From contig JACPJC010000005.1 of NCBI GenBank assembly GCA_016187745.1, forward strand, positions 234,437 to 298,436: a stretch of 64,000 nucleotides of DNA. Direction: 5' to 3'. How positions within the stretch are numbered: the stretch's first letter is position 1; each line of letters opens with the position of its first letter. Shown here in pieces: positions 27,747-36,923 of this stretch. Below the pieces are notes generated by a model. It made no database searches. It was not told the DNA's origin and saw only the letters and a list, made by a program, of their open reading frames with translations. The translations under genes were made by a program, and so were the position numbers. The DNA is from Candidatus Iainarchaeum sp. GTDB lineage: Archaea > Iainarchaeota > Iainarchaeia > Iainarchaeales > JAXPJC01.

Positions 27747-29123
27747 CTCCATCGTGACAAGGAAACCAATGGAATTATTCGTTGGAGGAATTGCCACTCC
27801 CTCCTGTAATTTAATTTCAGCGGAAATCTACTCTCCAAAGCATTATAACCTGAAAAATAGCCTATTTTTACACTATTCAAAATGCGTGGAAACATGAAAA
27901 GGGCAATTTTACTCCAGACTTTGAATCTAACAAAAAGCAAGGAAACTGCATTAGATAGTTTTTTGAATTCCTGCCTGCAGTTGGCTAATTCCCTATTTGA
28001 GCAAAAGAAGGATTGTAGAACCTTTATGCAGTTCCACCGCAAAGTATATTTAGCCAGCAAGGCTAACACCTCTCTTGGCTCTCAAACAATTTGCGATATT
28101 GAAAGATTTGTTTTCAGGGCAAAGAATGGAAGCAAGGCAATTACTCCAAAATTCAATGTTCCAAGAAACTGCGGAACTTTCAATGCTGCAAAAACCTTTT
28201 TTGTTAAATTCACAATTGCCCCAAGAAAGCAAATTCCAATCCCAATCCTTAAAAATAGGAACTTCCAACGCTTCCAATCCCTGTTTATCAATGGCTGGCA
28301 ATGCAAGACCTTTGGATTGACTTTCAGCAAACAAATTGTTGCCTATCTCTCCGAAGAGGAAGTTGCACTGCCACAGAGAAAAAATATTTTGGGCATTGAT
28401 TGTAATAGCAAAAGCTTCGCTGTTTCTGTCATTACTCCTGAAGGCAAAATCCTCAAGCAAAGTTATTTTGGAAAAGACATCTGGCACAAGCGCAGGAAGA
28501 TATTTGAACGGAAAAGCAAACTGCAAAGTTTGGCTGATAAAGGAAGTGGTAGAGCAATCAAAAGCATCAAGTATCTCAAAAGAAGTGAGCGGAACTTTGT
28601 CAAGAATCGGCTTGGGGAAGTTGTCAGAGAAATAACCAATATGGCTTTGGGGTATGATGCAGACATTGCTATTGAAGACCTCAAGAGATTTAATCCAAAA
28701 GGGAAGAGGTTCAACAAAGAAGTTATGCGTATTCCCTTCTATAAATTCAGAATCCTGCTCGCAGGCAGATGTTTTGATAAAGGAATTACACTGAACATTG
28801 TTGATAGTTGGCACACAAGCAAATGGTGCAGCCATTGCGGTGCTTTGGCTAATGGGCATAGCAGTTCCAACTATTCCCTGTTCAAATGCAAATGCGGGCA
28901 GATAGTCAATAGTGATAGGAAGGCAAGTTTGGCCATTGCCATAAAATCCCTCTTGGAGCGGAGCAATCAAGTTTTCAACCAACCTGATTTCTTCCAGATT
29001 TCCAATAGGCAAGTTCCTGTAAACGAACTTATGCGTCGCAATGATGAGATTGTTTCTAATGGTGCCGTGCATCTTGAGCATTCTCCAAGCGAAAGCCAAC
29101 GCCTTTAGGTGTTGGTAGTTTAC
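27747..29123 (+). mobile_element. Non-autonomous IS200/IS605-family element A (tnpB only)
   Basis: Follows TTCAT; subterminal hairpins CCAATGGAATTATTCGTTGG and CCAACGCCTTTAGGTGTTGG; ends TTAC; removal restores a nop5-flpA ATGA overlap. Confidence 0.8.
27882..29108 (+). CDS. tnpB: TnpB / Cas12f-like RNA-guided nuclease
   Basis: RuvC I LGID, RuvC II IEDL, TSKWCSHC...CKCG, RuvC III NSDRKAS. Confidence 0.9.
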   Translation: MRGNMKRAILLQTLNLTKSKETALDSFLNSCLQLANSLFEQKKDCRTFMQFHRKVYLASKANTSLGSQTICDIERFVFRAKNGSKAITPKFNVPRNCGTFNAAKTFFVKFTIAPRKQIPIPILKNRNFQRFQSLFINGWQCKTFGLTFSKQIVAYLSEEEVALPQRKNILGIDCNSKSFAVSVITPEGKILKQSYFGKDIWHKRRKIFERKSKLQSLADKGSGRAIKSIKYLKRSERNFVKNRLGEVVREITNMALGYDADIAIEDLKRFNPKGKRFNKEVMRIPFYKFRILLAGRCFDKGITLNIVDSWHTSKWCSHCGALANGHSSSNYSLFKCKCGQIVNSDRKASLAIAIKSLLERSNQVFNQPDFFQISNRQVPVNELMRRNDEIVSNGAVHLEHSPSESQRL

Positions 29124-29950
29124 CTCTTTGAAATTTCCTTTACTCTCGCTTCCAGTCCGCGCTTCAGTTCAGCAGCAATATTGCGCTTAGTGAAATAATC
29201 GGCCTTTGCAGCGGTTGCAATCTTGCCCGCAAGAGTCCTTGCAAGCTTCCCCTTGTGCTCCCTTTTCATCTGCTTCACAAGCGCATGCGAAAACAGCAGG
29301 CCGTACTTAGGGCCCTTTGCGTGCTTTTTCCTGCTCATGAAAAGCGCCTTTTCGGCCCCCAAAACCTGTATTGTTGAAGAGGGCATGAGCGCAATGCGCT
29401 TAAGGCTTCCGGCCTTTGCGAGCAGTTTTGCGCCAAGCACGCTTCCCGCAATCTCGGAAATATTCGGGCAGAATTCCCTCATGCGCATATCAATGTATTT
29501 TTCAAGGTACTTGCGCTCCCCGATTAAATTCAGCGCATTGAGCGCGAGCAATTTGATTTCGGCAAGGTCCTCTTTTTTTACCTCACTTCCAATTGTTTTT
29601 TTTGCAGCGCTCTCAATTTTCTCCGCGGTCAGCCCATTCTCATGAATTTTTGAAACTTCGGCCTTTGTCAATTTCTCCCTTTCTCCAAGCTCGCTCACCA
29701 GCCTCAGGAAAAGCTCATTCTCATTTGCGATTTTCTCAAGCTCCGGGAAATAGAACCCATACCACTCGCGCGCGTGCTCCGCAAGGAGGTTGCCAACATT
29801 GTCCAAATCATCAAGCACATTCACAGCCTTGATTATGTGGTTGTCAATTCCTGAAAACTTCTCAACAACCTCTTCCCTAACCTTTTTAATCAGGCGCGAG
29901 CGCAACTGCTCTATTTTAGTTTTGGGCATGTTCTCAGCAAATATTGTCAT
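29120..29950 (-). CDS. nop5: Nop5/Nop56 C/D box sRNP protein (C-terminal Nop domain form)
   Basis: REWYG.YFPEL, PSSTIQVLGAEKALF, PKYGL, GKLAR.LA.K. Confidence 0.95.
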   Translation of the reverse strand: MTIFAENMPKTKIEQLRSRLIKKVREEVVEKFSGIDNHIIKAVNVLDDLDNVGNLLAEHAREWYGFYFPELEKIANENELFLRLVSELGEREKLTKAEVSKIHENGLTAEKIESAAKKTIGSEVKKEDLAEIKLLALNALNLIGERKYLEKYIDMRMREFCPNISEIAGSVLGAKLLAKAGSLKRIALMPSSTIQVLGAEKALFMSRKKHAKGPKYGLLFSHALVKQMKREHKGKLARTLAGKIATAAKADYFTKRNIAAELKRGLEARVKEISKR

Positions 29951-29983
29951 TCAATAAATTAATAAAACAAATCAAACCCCGCA

Positions 29984-30313
29984 TCATTTCCATTCAACGC
30001 GGTTATACCTGATTGCAGACCTTTTAATTCCGCGGTTAATCCTTTTCAGCCTTTTTTTAAAATGCCTCAGCGATTCAATCAGCGACTGCGCCAGGCTGCC
30101 TTTCCCATGTGTCCTTAATTCCTGGACATTCCAGCTTTCCGCCCGCCCAAGCATCCCCTCGTTTCTTCTCCGCAGATTAAGCAGCCGGCCTAGCGCATGC
30201 CTGTTCCTTTCGCCAAACCGCGGCTTTGTCCTGCTTTTTTCCTGCTTGCTGCCGCTGAGGTGCTCAAACTCCCTTCTTATCCTGCGGGAAGGCGCCCCGA
30301 ACAGCTTTGGCAT
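29984..30313 (-). CDS. Hypothetical highly basic protein
   Basis: 109-aa ORF fills the gap; no motif recognised. Confidence 0.4.
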   Translation of the reverse strand: MPKLFGAPSRRIRREFEHLSGSKQEKSRTKPRFGERNRHALGRLLNLRRRNEGMLGRAESWNVQELRTHGKGSLAQSLIESLRHFKKRLKRINRGIKRSAIRYNRVEWK

Positions 30314-30340
30314 GACCTAATACTGCAGGAATTGTTTTAT

Positions 30341-31717
30341 AATCTTCTCGCAAGAAGACAGCCTAATTTATTGGGCGGATAAATTGCCACTCTCGCCGGT
30401 AATTTAACTTCAGCGGAAATCTACTCCCAAAACCATTATAAATCACTAATAATAATGGATAATATAAAAGGAAAGAGTGGTGGAATAACTATGGTTCATC
30501 AAAAGATTTTCAAGTTCAGGCTCTACCCAAGCAATGAGCAAAGGCAGATGATTGAAAAGCAGATGAATCTTCTTTGTTATGTGTATAACAAACTGCTTGA
30601 AATGAAAAGGGAGCAATACAAGCAGAACAAAAAATCACTTTCAGAATATGATATGAACAAGCTCATAAGGCAGATTACCAACACAAAAGATGTGCATTCC
30701 CAGAGCCTGCAAAACCTTTCAAAGCGCATTTCAGAAGGCTACAAACTATTTTTTGCATTGAGAAAACAGGGAATAAAAAAAGCTGGCCTGCCAAGATTCA
30801 AAAAAATGGAGAATTACAAGTCAATAACTTACCCGCAGCCCCAATCACTATTCAAGGATAACAAACTGATTGTGCCGAAAGTCGGATTGGTAGAAATACG
30901 GCAACACAGAAAACTGCTTGGAAAAACGAAAATGCTTACAATAAAGAAAATGCCAACAGGCAAATGGTTTGCCTGTTTTGTCCAGAATTGTGATGGCAAA
31001 TATGATGTTTTGCCAAAAACAGGGAAAGTTGTTGGCATAGATTTGGGCTTGAACAATTTCATTGCAACAAGCGATAATGAAATGTTTGAGCATCCAAAGC
31101 CATTGGCAAGGCTTGAAAAACGCAGAAAGATGCTTAATAAGCGCTTCTCAAAAAAGAAGAGAGGCTCAAGCAACAAGAACAATGCAAGGATAAAACTTGC
31201 AAGAATTGATGAGAAGATATCAAACATAAGGGAAAACTATAATTGGAAGGTTGCCAACTATCTTGTAAATAATTATGATGGCATTTGCATTGAGGATTTG
31301 CAGATAAAAAACATGATGCAGAACCACCATCTTGCGAAAGCAATAACTGATGTTTCCTGGGGGGATTTTGTAGGAAAACTCTCTTACAAGGCTGAAAGTG
31401 CCGGAAGAAAATTAGTCAAAATCAACCCGAGAAATACAAGCCAGGAGTGCCACAACTGCGGAGCAATAGTAAAGAAGGAATTATGGAACAGAACGCACAA
31501 ATGCACTTGCGGAATAGAAATAGATAGGGATATAAACTCTGCAAAACTTATACTCAATAAAGGGCTACTGCCGGAATGGCAGGATGTCAAGCCTGCAGAG
31601 ATGATTCCTCTGCAAACCACTCATAGAAAAATTGGTTTGCAAGAATTGTCAAGGAAGCAGGAAGATAGTTCAGCAATGGCTATCGGAAGCCACTTAACTT
31701 GTTAGGTGGTAATTCAC
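30341..31717 (+). mobile_element. Non-autonomous IS1341-type element B (tnpB only)
   Basis: Follows TTTAT; left hairpin GCCTAATTTATTGGGC, right hairpin CCACTTAACTTGTTAGGTGG; ends TCAC; left region shared with element A. Confidence 0.8.
30455..31705 (+). CDS. tnpB: TnpB RNA-guided nuclease (IS1341/IS605 OrfB type)
   Basis: FKFRLYP, GIDLGL, IEDL, TSQECHNCG...CTCG, DRDINSA. Confidence 0.95.
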   Translation: MDNIKGKSGGITMVHQKIFKFRLYPSNEQRQMIEKQMNLLCYVYNKLLEMKREQYKQNKKSLSEYDMNKLIRQITNTKDVHSQSLQNLSKRISEGYKLFFALRKQGIKKAGLPRFKKMENYKSITYPQPQSLFKDNKLIVPKVGLVEIRQHRKLLGKTKMLTIKKMPTGKWFACFVQNCDGKYDVLPKTGKVVGIDLGLNNFIATSDNEMFEHPKPLARLEKRRKMLNKRFSKKKRGSSNKNNARIKLARIDEKISNIRENYNWKVANYLVNNYDGICIEDLQIKNMMQNHHLAKAITDVSWGDFVGKLSYKAESAGRKLVKINPRNTSQECHNCGAIVKKELWNRTHKCTCGIEIDRDINSAKLILNKGLLPEWQDVKPAEMIPLQTTHRKIGLQELSRKQEDSSAMAIGSHLTC

Positions 31718-31750
31718 AAAGGATATTTGAATTAGTATATAAGTGGTTTT

Positions 31751-33241
31751 ATGGGCTCTGAAGATTTGGTAAATCTGGCATTGCGCAGGAGCATTTTCTA
31801 CCCTTCTGCTGAAATATACAGCAATTCCCCAAGTGGTTTTTGGGAATTCGGGCCAATAGGGGAGGCAATGCGCAGGAAGGCAATTGATTTCTGGCGCAGG
31901 GAATTATTGCAGAAGGAAAGTTTTTTGGAGATTTTCGGCGCGCAGATTCTCCCTGAATCTGTTTTCAGGGCCTCAGGGCATCTGGAAAACTTCAATGACC
32001 CCATAGTTCAATGCAGAAAATGCGCCTCGCTTTACCGCGCGGACAAACTGATAATGGACTCCTCTAAGGAACTGGTTCCCGAAAGCATTTCAACCGCGGA
32101 ACTGGATGCGCTTATAAAAAAGCACGAGGTAAAATGCCCCAAGTGCAAATCAAAGGATTTTGCAACAGCAAGGAAATTCAACATGATGATGCCCGTAAGC
32201 ATAGGCGCAACAGGCGATGTGCAGTGCTACCTGCGCCCGGAAACCTGCCAGAGCATCTTCCTTGATTTTGACCGCATATTCAAAACCTGCAGGGCAAAGC
32301 TTCCCCTGGGGATTGCGCAGGCCGGGGCTTCCTTCAGGAATGAGATTGCCCCGAGAAACACTCTTCTGAGGGCGCGCGAGTTCGGCCAGATGGAAGTGGA
32401 AATATTCTTCAACCCGAAAAAAATAAATTCAATTGAGCGCTGGGGCGAGGTTGCCGAATATAAACTGAATTTAATGCAGCTGGGAAAAGACGTGAGGGCG
32501 GTTTCATGCGCAGATGCCGTTGCAAAAAAAATCCTTTCCGGGCAGCTGGTTGCATATTATCTCGCGCGCGTTCAGCAGCTGTATGAGAAGTACGGGGTTC
32601 CCCTGCCAAAAATGCGCCTGCGCGAGCTTGCGGACAATGAGCGCGCTTTCTATGCAAAGGAAGCCTGGGATTTTGAGGTTGAATGCTCGGAGGGCTGGGT
32701 TGAGCTGATTGCGTGCAATAACCGCGCAGACTATGATCTGAAGGGGCACGCAAAGGAAAGCAAGAAGGAAATCAAGGTAAAAGAGGAAGGGGATTCCGAA
32801 GCATTCATTCCGCACATTTTTGAATTATCCGCAGGGATTGACAGGACGCTCTATGTTCTGCTGGATCTGGCATACAAGAAGGAAAAGCGCGGCCCCGAGG
32901 AGCGCGCGTACCTGGACCTGAATCCGAAAATTGCGCCGTATTTTTCCGCAGTATTCCCGCTTGTGAATAAGGAGGGGATTGATGAAAGGGCAAAGGCGCT
33001 TGCCAATGAACTTTCGCAATGCGGCATTGATGTCCTGCATGACGACAGGGGCAGCATAGGGAAGAGATATGCGCGCGCTGATGAAATTGGAATTCCCTAT
33101 GCAATAACGCTTGATTTTGAAACGCTCAAGGATGCAAGCGCAACTCTGCGCGAAAGGAGCAGCATGAAGCAGAGGCGCGTTAAGATTGCAGAGCTGCCCG
33201 AAGCGCTCTGGAAGCTGCAGACAGGGAAATCAGAATTCTGA
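31751..33241 (+). CDS. glyS: Glycyl-tRNA synthetase (alpha2 type)
   Basis: ASGH..F.DP, YLRPETCQ, FRNEI.PR..LLR.REF.Q.E, GSIGKRYAR.DEIG. Confidence 0.95.
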   Translation: MGSEDLVNLALRRSIFYPSAEIYSNSPSGFWEFGPIGEAMRRKAIDFWRRELLQKESFLEIFGAQILPESVFRASGHLENFNDPIVQCRKCASLYRADKLIMDSSKELVPESISTAELDALIKKHEVKCPKCKSKDFATARKFNMMMPVSIGATGDVQCYLRPETCQSIFLDFDRIFKTCRAKLPLGIAQAGASFRNEIAPRNTLLRAREFGQMEVEIFFNPKKINSIERWGEVAEYKLNLMQLGKDVRAVSCADAVAKKILSGQLVAYYLARVQQLYEKYGVPLPKMRLRELADNERAFYAKEAWDFEVECSEGWVELIACNNRADYDLKGHAKESKKEIKVKEEGDSEAFIPHIFELSAGIDRTLYVLLDLAYKKEKRGPEERAYLDLNPKIAPYFSAVFPLVNKEGIDERAKALANELSQCGIDVLHDDRGSIGKRYARADEIGIPYAITLDFETLKDASATLRERSSMKQRRVKIAELPEALWKLQTGKSEF

Positions 33242-33251
33242 GGCAATAAAA

Positions 33252-33752
33252 ATGCGCACAGGCAAAAGGGCTCTGGCTTCGCATAAAGTATTTCGTTTTG
33301 TTGAGGGCATAGGAACAAAGAAGCAGATAAGGCCTTTGATCGGGAAAAGCGATAAATTTTCCGGCTTCTTCAGGCTCGGAAAGAAAGTCCTTGGGCTTAA
33401 AAAGCCCGCAGCGCTTTATATGATTAATTCCTCAAACCCGCTTGCAAGAGGGCTTCTCGTAAGGCCCTCTCCGGATTCGCTTAAGCTGCTGAAGCTCGAG
33501 CTCAATGAGCCTGATTTCAGGAAGACGGCCTCCATAGAATATGAGATAAAAGAAGAATTCCGCAAAAGGCCATATGAAAACAGGGGCATAGCAACAAGGC
33601 TTGCGCATCTGCTGATTGACGCGGCAAAACAGCTTGGCTATGAAAGGCTGATTGCAAACATAAATAATTCAAACAAGGCAAGCATAAGGGTGATTGAGAA
33701 AAGCGGGTTCAGGAATATCAAAAACACAACCCTCTGGTACAAGGATATTTGA
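33252..33752 (+). CDS. GNAT acetyltransferase
   Basis: YENRGIAT, N.ASIRVIEKSGF. Confidence 0.75.
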   Translation: MRTGKRALASHKVFRFVEGIGTKKQIRPLIGKSDKFSGFFRLGKKVLGLKKPAALYMINSSNPLARGLLVRPSPDSLKLLKLELNEPDFRKTASIEYEIKEEFRKRPYENRGIATRLAHLLIDAAKQLGYERLIANINNSNKASIRVIEKSGFRNIKNTTLWYKDI

Positions 33753-33784
33753 TTTTTAAACTTCTGGGCAGTATCTTTATACAC

Positions 33785-33856
33785 GCCCCGGTAGCTTAGT
33801 GGCAGAGCAATGGTTTCGTAAACCATAGGTCGAGGGTTCAACTCCCTCTCGGGGCT
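33785..33856 (+). tRNA. tRNA-Thr(CGU)
   Basis: GCCCCGG acceptor, ATGGT-TTCGTAA-ACCAT anticodon arm, GTTCAA T loop. Confidence 0.95.
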
Positions 33857-33867
33857 TTCTGAAAGAT

Positions 33868-35364
33868 TCAGCCCTGCGGCGTTATGCTCAGCTCAAAATC
33901 CTGCGATTTCCTTTCGCCAGTGGGGGTGGAATAGCCTATTTTTATTATGCATTTCTGCGCCTCATCAACTGTTGCATTGGTCGGCGCGCTGACTGTAATT
34001 ATTGTCTTGTCCTTTCCTCCCTTCGGCGCCAATGAGGCAATCGTGTTCTTGCTTATCCTCGCAATCCATATCACGCTGCAGCCGTCTGAAGGATTTACGA
34101 TTGTAAAGAGCTCCAATTCAACCGAGCTGTTGTTTGTGATTGTAAGGGCAACATCCTTTGATTCATAATATCCCGCATCAAGCATGTCAAGGCTTACCTT
34201 CCCTGAATTTGTTGCGGAAATTGAAAGGGCAATTTCAGCCCCGGAAACTTCCAGCTCAAACGGGATTTCCGCATCCCAGTAATCCGTGCTGAGCAGTATG
34301 TTTCCTGAAATCAAATCGCTAAGCGCTTCAACAGGAACATTGACAATTAAGTTGGCGGAAGCGCTTTTCCCCGCCTCTATAGAATCAATCTCAGTGCTCC
34401 ATAAAAACCAATCCAACACCTCTTCTTCGGAATTTGCAGTGTACTGCGTGCTCACAATCTCAATCTGCGCCTTTACCTCCCCCACATTGAATGCCGGGCT
34501 TGAGTTTGTTATTTTTATTGTTTTTACTGCCGCGCCTTGGCCTATTACCCCGGCCTTGAGCGTGCCGAAATTTATTGATGCCGGGCTTACTTTCAGTTCA
34601 GGCTTCCTGAACAGGGTAAATGAAACCTCCTCCTTTGTGTTTGTGTATTTCACCCTTATGCTGCCCTTTTTCAGATCGCCCTTCTTCGCATCCTTTACCG
34701 CAATATCCTTCGGAACATCAAAGCTCAGGATGCTGCTGTTTGTTCCCGAAGCAGGAACACGGATACTTTCAGCGCTAAGTTCTGCGCCAAGGTCCTTGAG
34801 CGCGCCTTCAAGCACCAGCTCAACATCAGCAGGCATTTCCGCGGAATTCTTCAGGGTTACAAGCGCCTCGACATTGCGCTGCCCCTGGACCAATTGCCCG
34901 GGGAAATCAGCAATCTGCAGGTCCACTCTCATATCCTTCCTGAGCTTTATCTCTATGGAGCCGGAACTTTCCGCGGAAACCTCAAAAGAGCCCGAAGAGG
35001 CCTTGTACTCCGGCGCAACGGCCTCATACCTGTAATTCCCATATCTCAGTTTCGCCGCGCCCCCATCGGAAAGCTCAGCAATGGGCTCATTCCCCGAAGA
35101 TTCGTAAACCCTTATCCCCGCATCTTCCAATGTTTCATTCTCAGTGTTCATTACGCTGAACTGGACTTCCTTAATGTTCCCTATGAAATAGGAGTAGGCG
35201 AAATATGCAGCGCCAGCGATTATAATCAGCGCTATTATTTTCGGCAGCAGGCTCTTTACAATTCCAAAATCAAATCCCATTCCTTCAGATTCAGGCGCCT
35301 CGCCGAAAGTGCCCTCAATCCTCTGGAATTTTATTTCTGGGGAAGATTCATACATCTGCATCAC
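33868..35364 (-). CDS. Membrane-anchored surface protein with Ig-like beta-sandwich domains
   Basis: One N-terminal TM helix followed by acidic beta-rich repeats. Confidence 0.65.
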   Translation of the reverse strand: MMQMYESSPEIKFQRIEGTFGEAPESEGMGFDFGIVKSLLPKIIALIIIAGAAYFAYSYFIGNIKEVQFSVMNTENETLEDAGIRVYESSGNEPIAELSDGGAAKLRYGNYRYEAVAPEYKASSGSFEVSAESSGSIEIKLRKDMRVDLQIADFPGQLVQGQRNVEALVTLKNSAEMPADVELVLEGALKDLGAELSAESIRVPASGTNSSILSFDVPKDIAVKDAKKGDLKKGSIRVKYTNTKEEVSFTLFRKPELKVSPASINFGTLKAGVIGQGAAVKTIKITNSSPAFNVGEVKAQIEIVSTQYTANSEEEVLDWFLWSTEIDSIEAGKSASANLIVNVPVEALSDLISGNILLSTDYWDAEIPFELEVSGAEIALSISATNSGKVSLDMLDAGYYESKDVALTITNNSSVELELFTIVNPSDGCSVIWIARISKNTIASLAPKGGKDKTIITVSAPTNATVDEAQKCIIKIGYSTPTGERKSQDFELSITPQG

Positions 35365-35392
35365 TCATCTATTAATCAGCAATTAGTATATA

Positions 35393-35842
35393 TTATTTTG
35401 CTTCTTTTTTCAAATGCACCAGGAGCCTCTGCATGTCAAAATGCAGCTGTGAAAGCACTTCCTGCAGCCTGTGCTGAAGCTCGGCATACAGCTCAGGCAC
35501 TTCAGCCTCGCTCTCCTCATCAAGCCTCTGTTTCCGCTCCCTCAATTTTGATTTTGCCATCTCATAATTAAGGTTGCGCCCCAGAACTTTCGCAAGTTCG
35601 CGCATGCGCTTCAAATAGGAGCGGATCTCAACCCTGTCAATTGCAATGAAGAAATCGCGCTTGCTTGCAATCCTCTGCAGATTAAAATAAATTCTGTCCA
35701 TGCGCGCAATCTCTTCCCTAAGCACCTTCCATAATACCTTGTTGCTGTGCTCCTTCCACTTTTTCCTTTTTATTGCGGCATTGAATTCATCAATTTCAGA
35801 AATTATCCCATTCAGCCATTTTGCAGTTTCTTTCATGCTCAC
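35393..35842 (-). CDS. Hypothetical helical protein
   Basis: 149-aa ORF, coiled-coil-like composition. Confidence 0.5.
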   Translation of the reverse strand: MSMKETAKWLNGIISEIDEFNAAIKRKKWKEHSNKVLWKVLREEIARMDRIYFNLQRIASKRDFFIAIDRVEIRSYLKRMRELAKVLGRNLNYEMAKSKLRERKQRLDEESEAEVPELYAELQHRLQEVLSQLHFDMQRLLVHLKKEAK

Positions 35843-35889
35843 GCCCCAACAGCAAATTTATATTTAAGGTTGCTTTTAATAGTTAGCAT

Positions 35890-36858
35890 ATGCCCTTTTG
35901 TTTTCCGGAAGGAATTTCCATTGATTCCAGCGCAGGCGCAAGGCTCTCCCTCATAAGCCATGCGCATTCCGACCATGGGAAGATGGGGAATGCCGGCAGG
36001 CACATGATGAGCGCCCCAACAAAGGCGTTCCTGCATGGGAAGATAAAGCCAGGGGCAAAAATTTTAACGCCGGAATTCAATGAAAAAATTGAATTTGAAG
36101 ATTCGAAAATTTCACTGCACGATTCCGGGCACATCCTCGGGAGCGCGCAGTTCCTTATTGAAAATGCGGAAAGCACAACCGCATTCACGAATGACTTCAA
36201 ATTGCAGGGCAGCATAATCCAGAAGGGCGCGGAAGTCCTGAAGGCTGACACGCTTGTGATTGAAAGCACCTTCGGGATGCCGGAATACGCATTTCCGGAG
36301 CGCAATGATGTTTATGCGCAGATGGCCTCATGGGTGAAGCAGAATCTCCGCAACAAAAAATTCATAGTGCTTTTCGGATACGCATTGGGAAAGGCGCAGG
36401 AGCTCACAAAATTCGCAAATGAATTCTGCGGAATTTCCCCGATAGTGCACGAGAAAATTTATGAAAACAACAAGATCTATGAGAAATTTGGGGTAAAGCT
36501 CGGGGAGTATTCAATGCTGGACCACAATCTTTCCAATTCAAGCATGCTGATAATGCCTACACACATGCTCAGCGCTGATTTGCTGCAGATAGTTGCGGAG
36601 TATTCAAAAAGGCCTGTTGCAAGCTGCGTTGCGAGCGGCTGGCTTTTCAGGAACTATCCGCACTCAAAGGTTTTTCCCCTGAGCGACCATGCGGATTTCC
36701 CCCAGCTCATGCACTACATAAGGCAGGCAGAGCCGAAGACAGTGCTTACAACCCACGGCTTTGAGAGGGAATTCGCAAACTATGTAAGAAGGAAATTGCG
36801 CATAAGCGCAAGGGCGCTTTCGGAGCAGAATCAGAGCTTCCTGCAGGAATTTGTTTAG
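35890..36858 (+). CDS. MBL-fold/beta-CASP nuclease (DNA-repair exonuclease type)
   Basis: SHAHSDH, SGHILGS, ESTFG.P, YALGKAQ, LSDHADF, THG. Confidence 0.85.
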   Translation: MPFCFPEGISIDSSAGARLSLISHAHSDHGKMGNAGRHMMSAPTKAFLHGKIKPGAKILTPEFNEKIEFEDSKISLHDSGHILGSAQFLIENAESTTAFTNDFKLQGSIIQKGAEVLKADTLVIESTFGMPEYAFPERNDVYAQMASWVKQNLRNKKFIVLFGYALGKAQELTKFANEFCGISPIVHEKIYENNKIYEKFGVKLGEYSMLDHNLSNSSMLIMPTHMLSADLLQIVAEYSKRPVASCVASGWLFRNYPHSKVFPLSDHADFPQLMHYIRQAEPKTVLTTHGFEREFANYVRRKLRISARALSEQNQSFLQEFV

Positions 36859-36923
36859 CCCCCCCCACAAAAACATTTATAAATGACTAATTATTATATA
36901 TAGCAGGAGAATATAGTAGTATA

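Noticed and set aside
28050-29099. 349-aa ORF antisense to tnpB
   Set aside because: Shadow frame of a well-supported gene, no motifs
27747-31717. Possible CRISPR-Cas12f (Cas14) locus
   Set aside because: No repeat-spacer array or cas1/cas2/cas4 in the window; both nucleases have IS-type hairpin ends
34286-35571. 249-aa and 225-aa plus-strand ORFs
   Set aside because: Antisense shadows of the surface-protein gene
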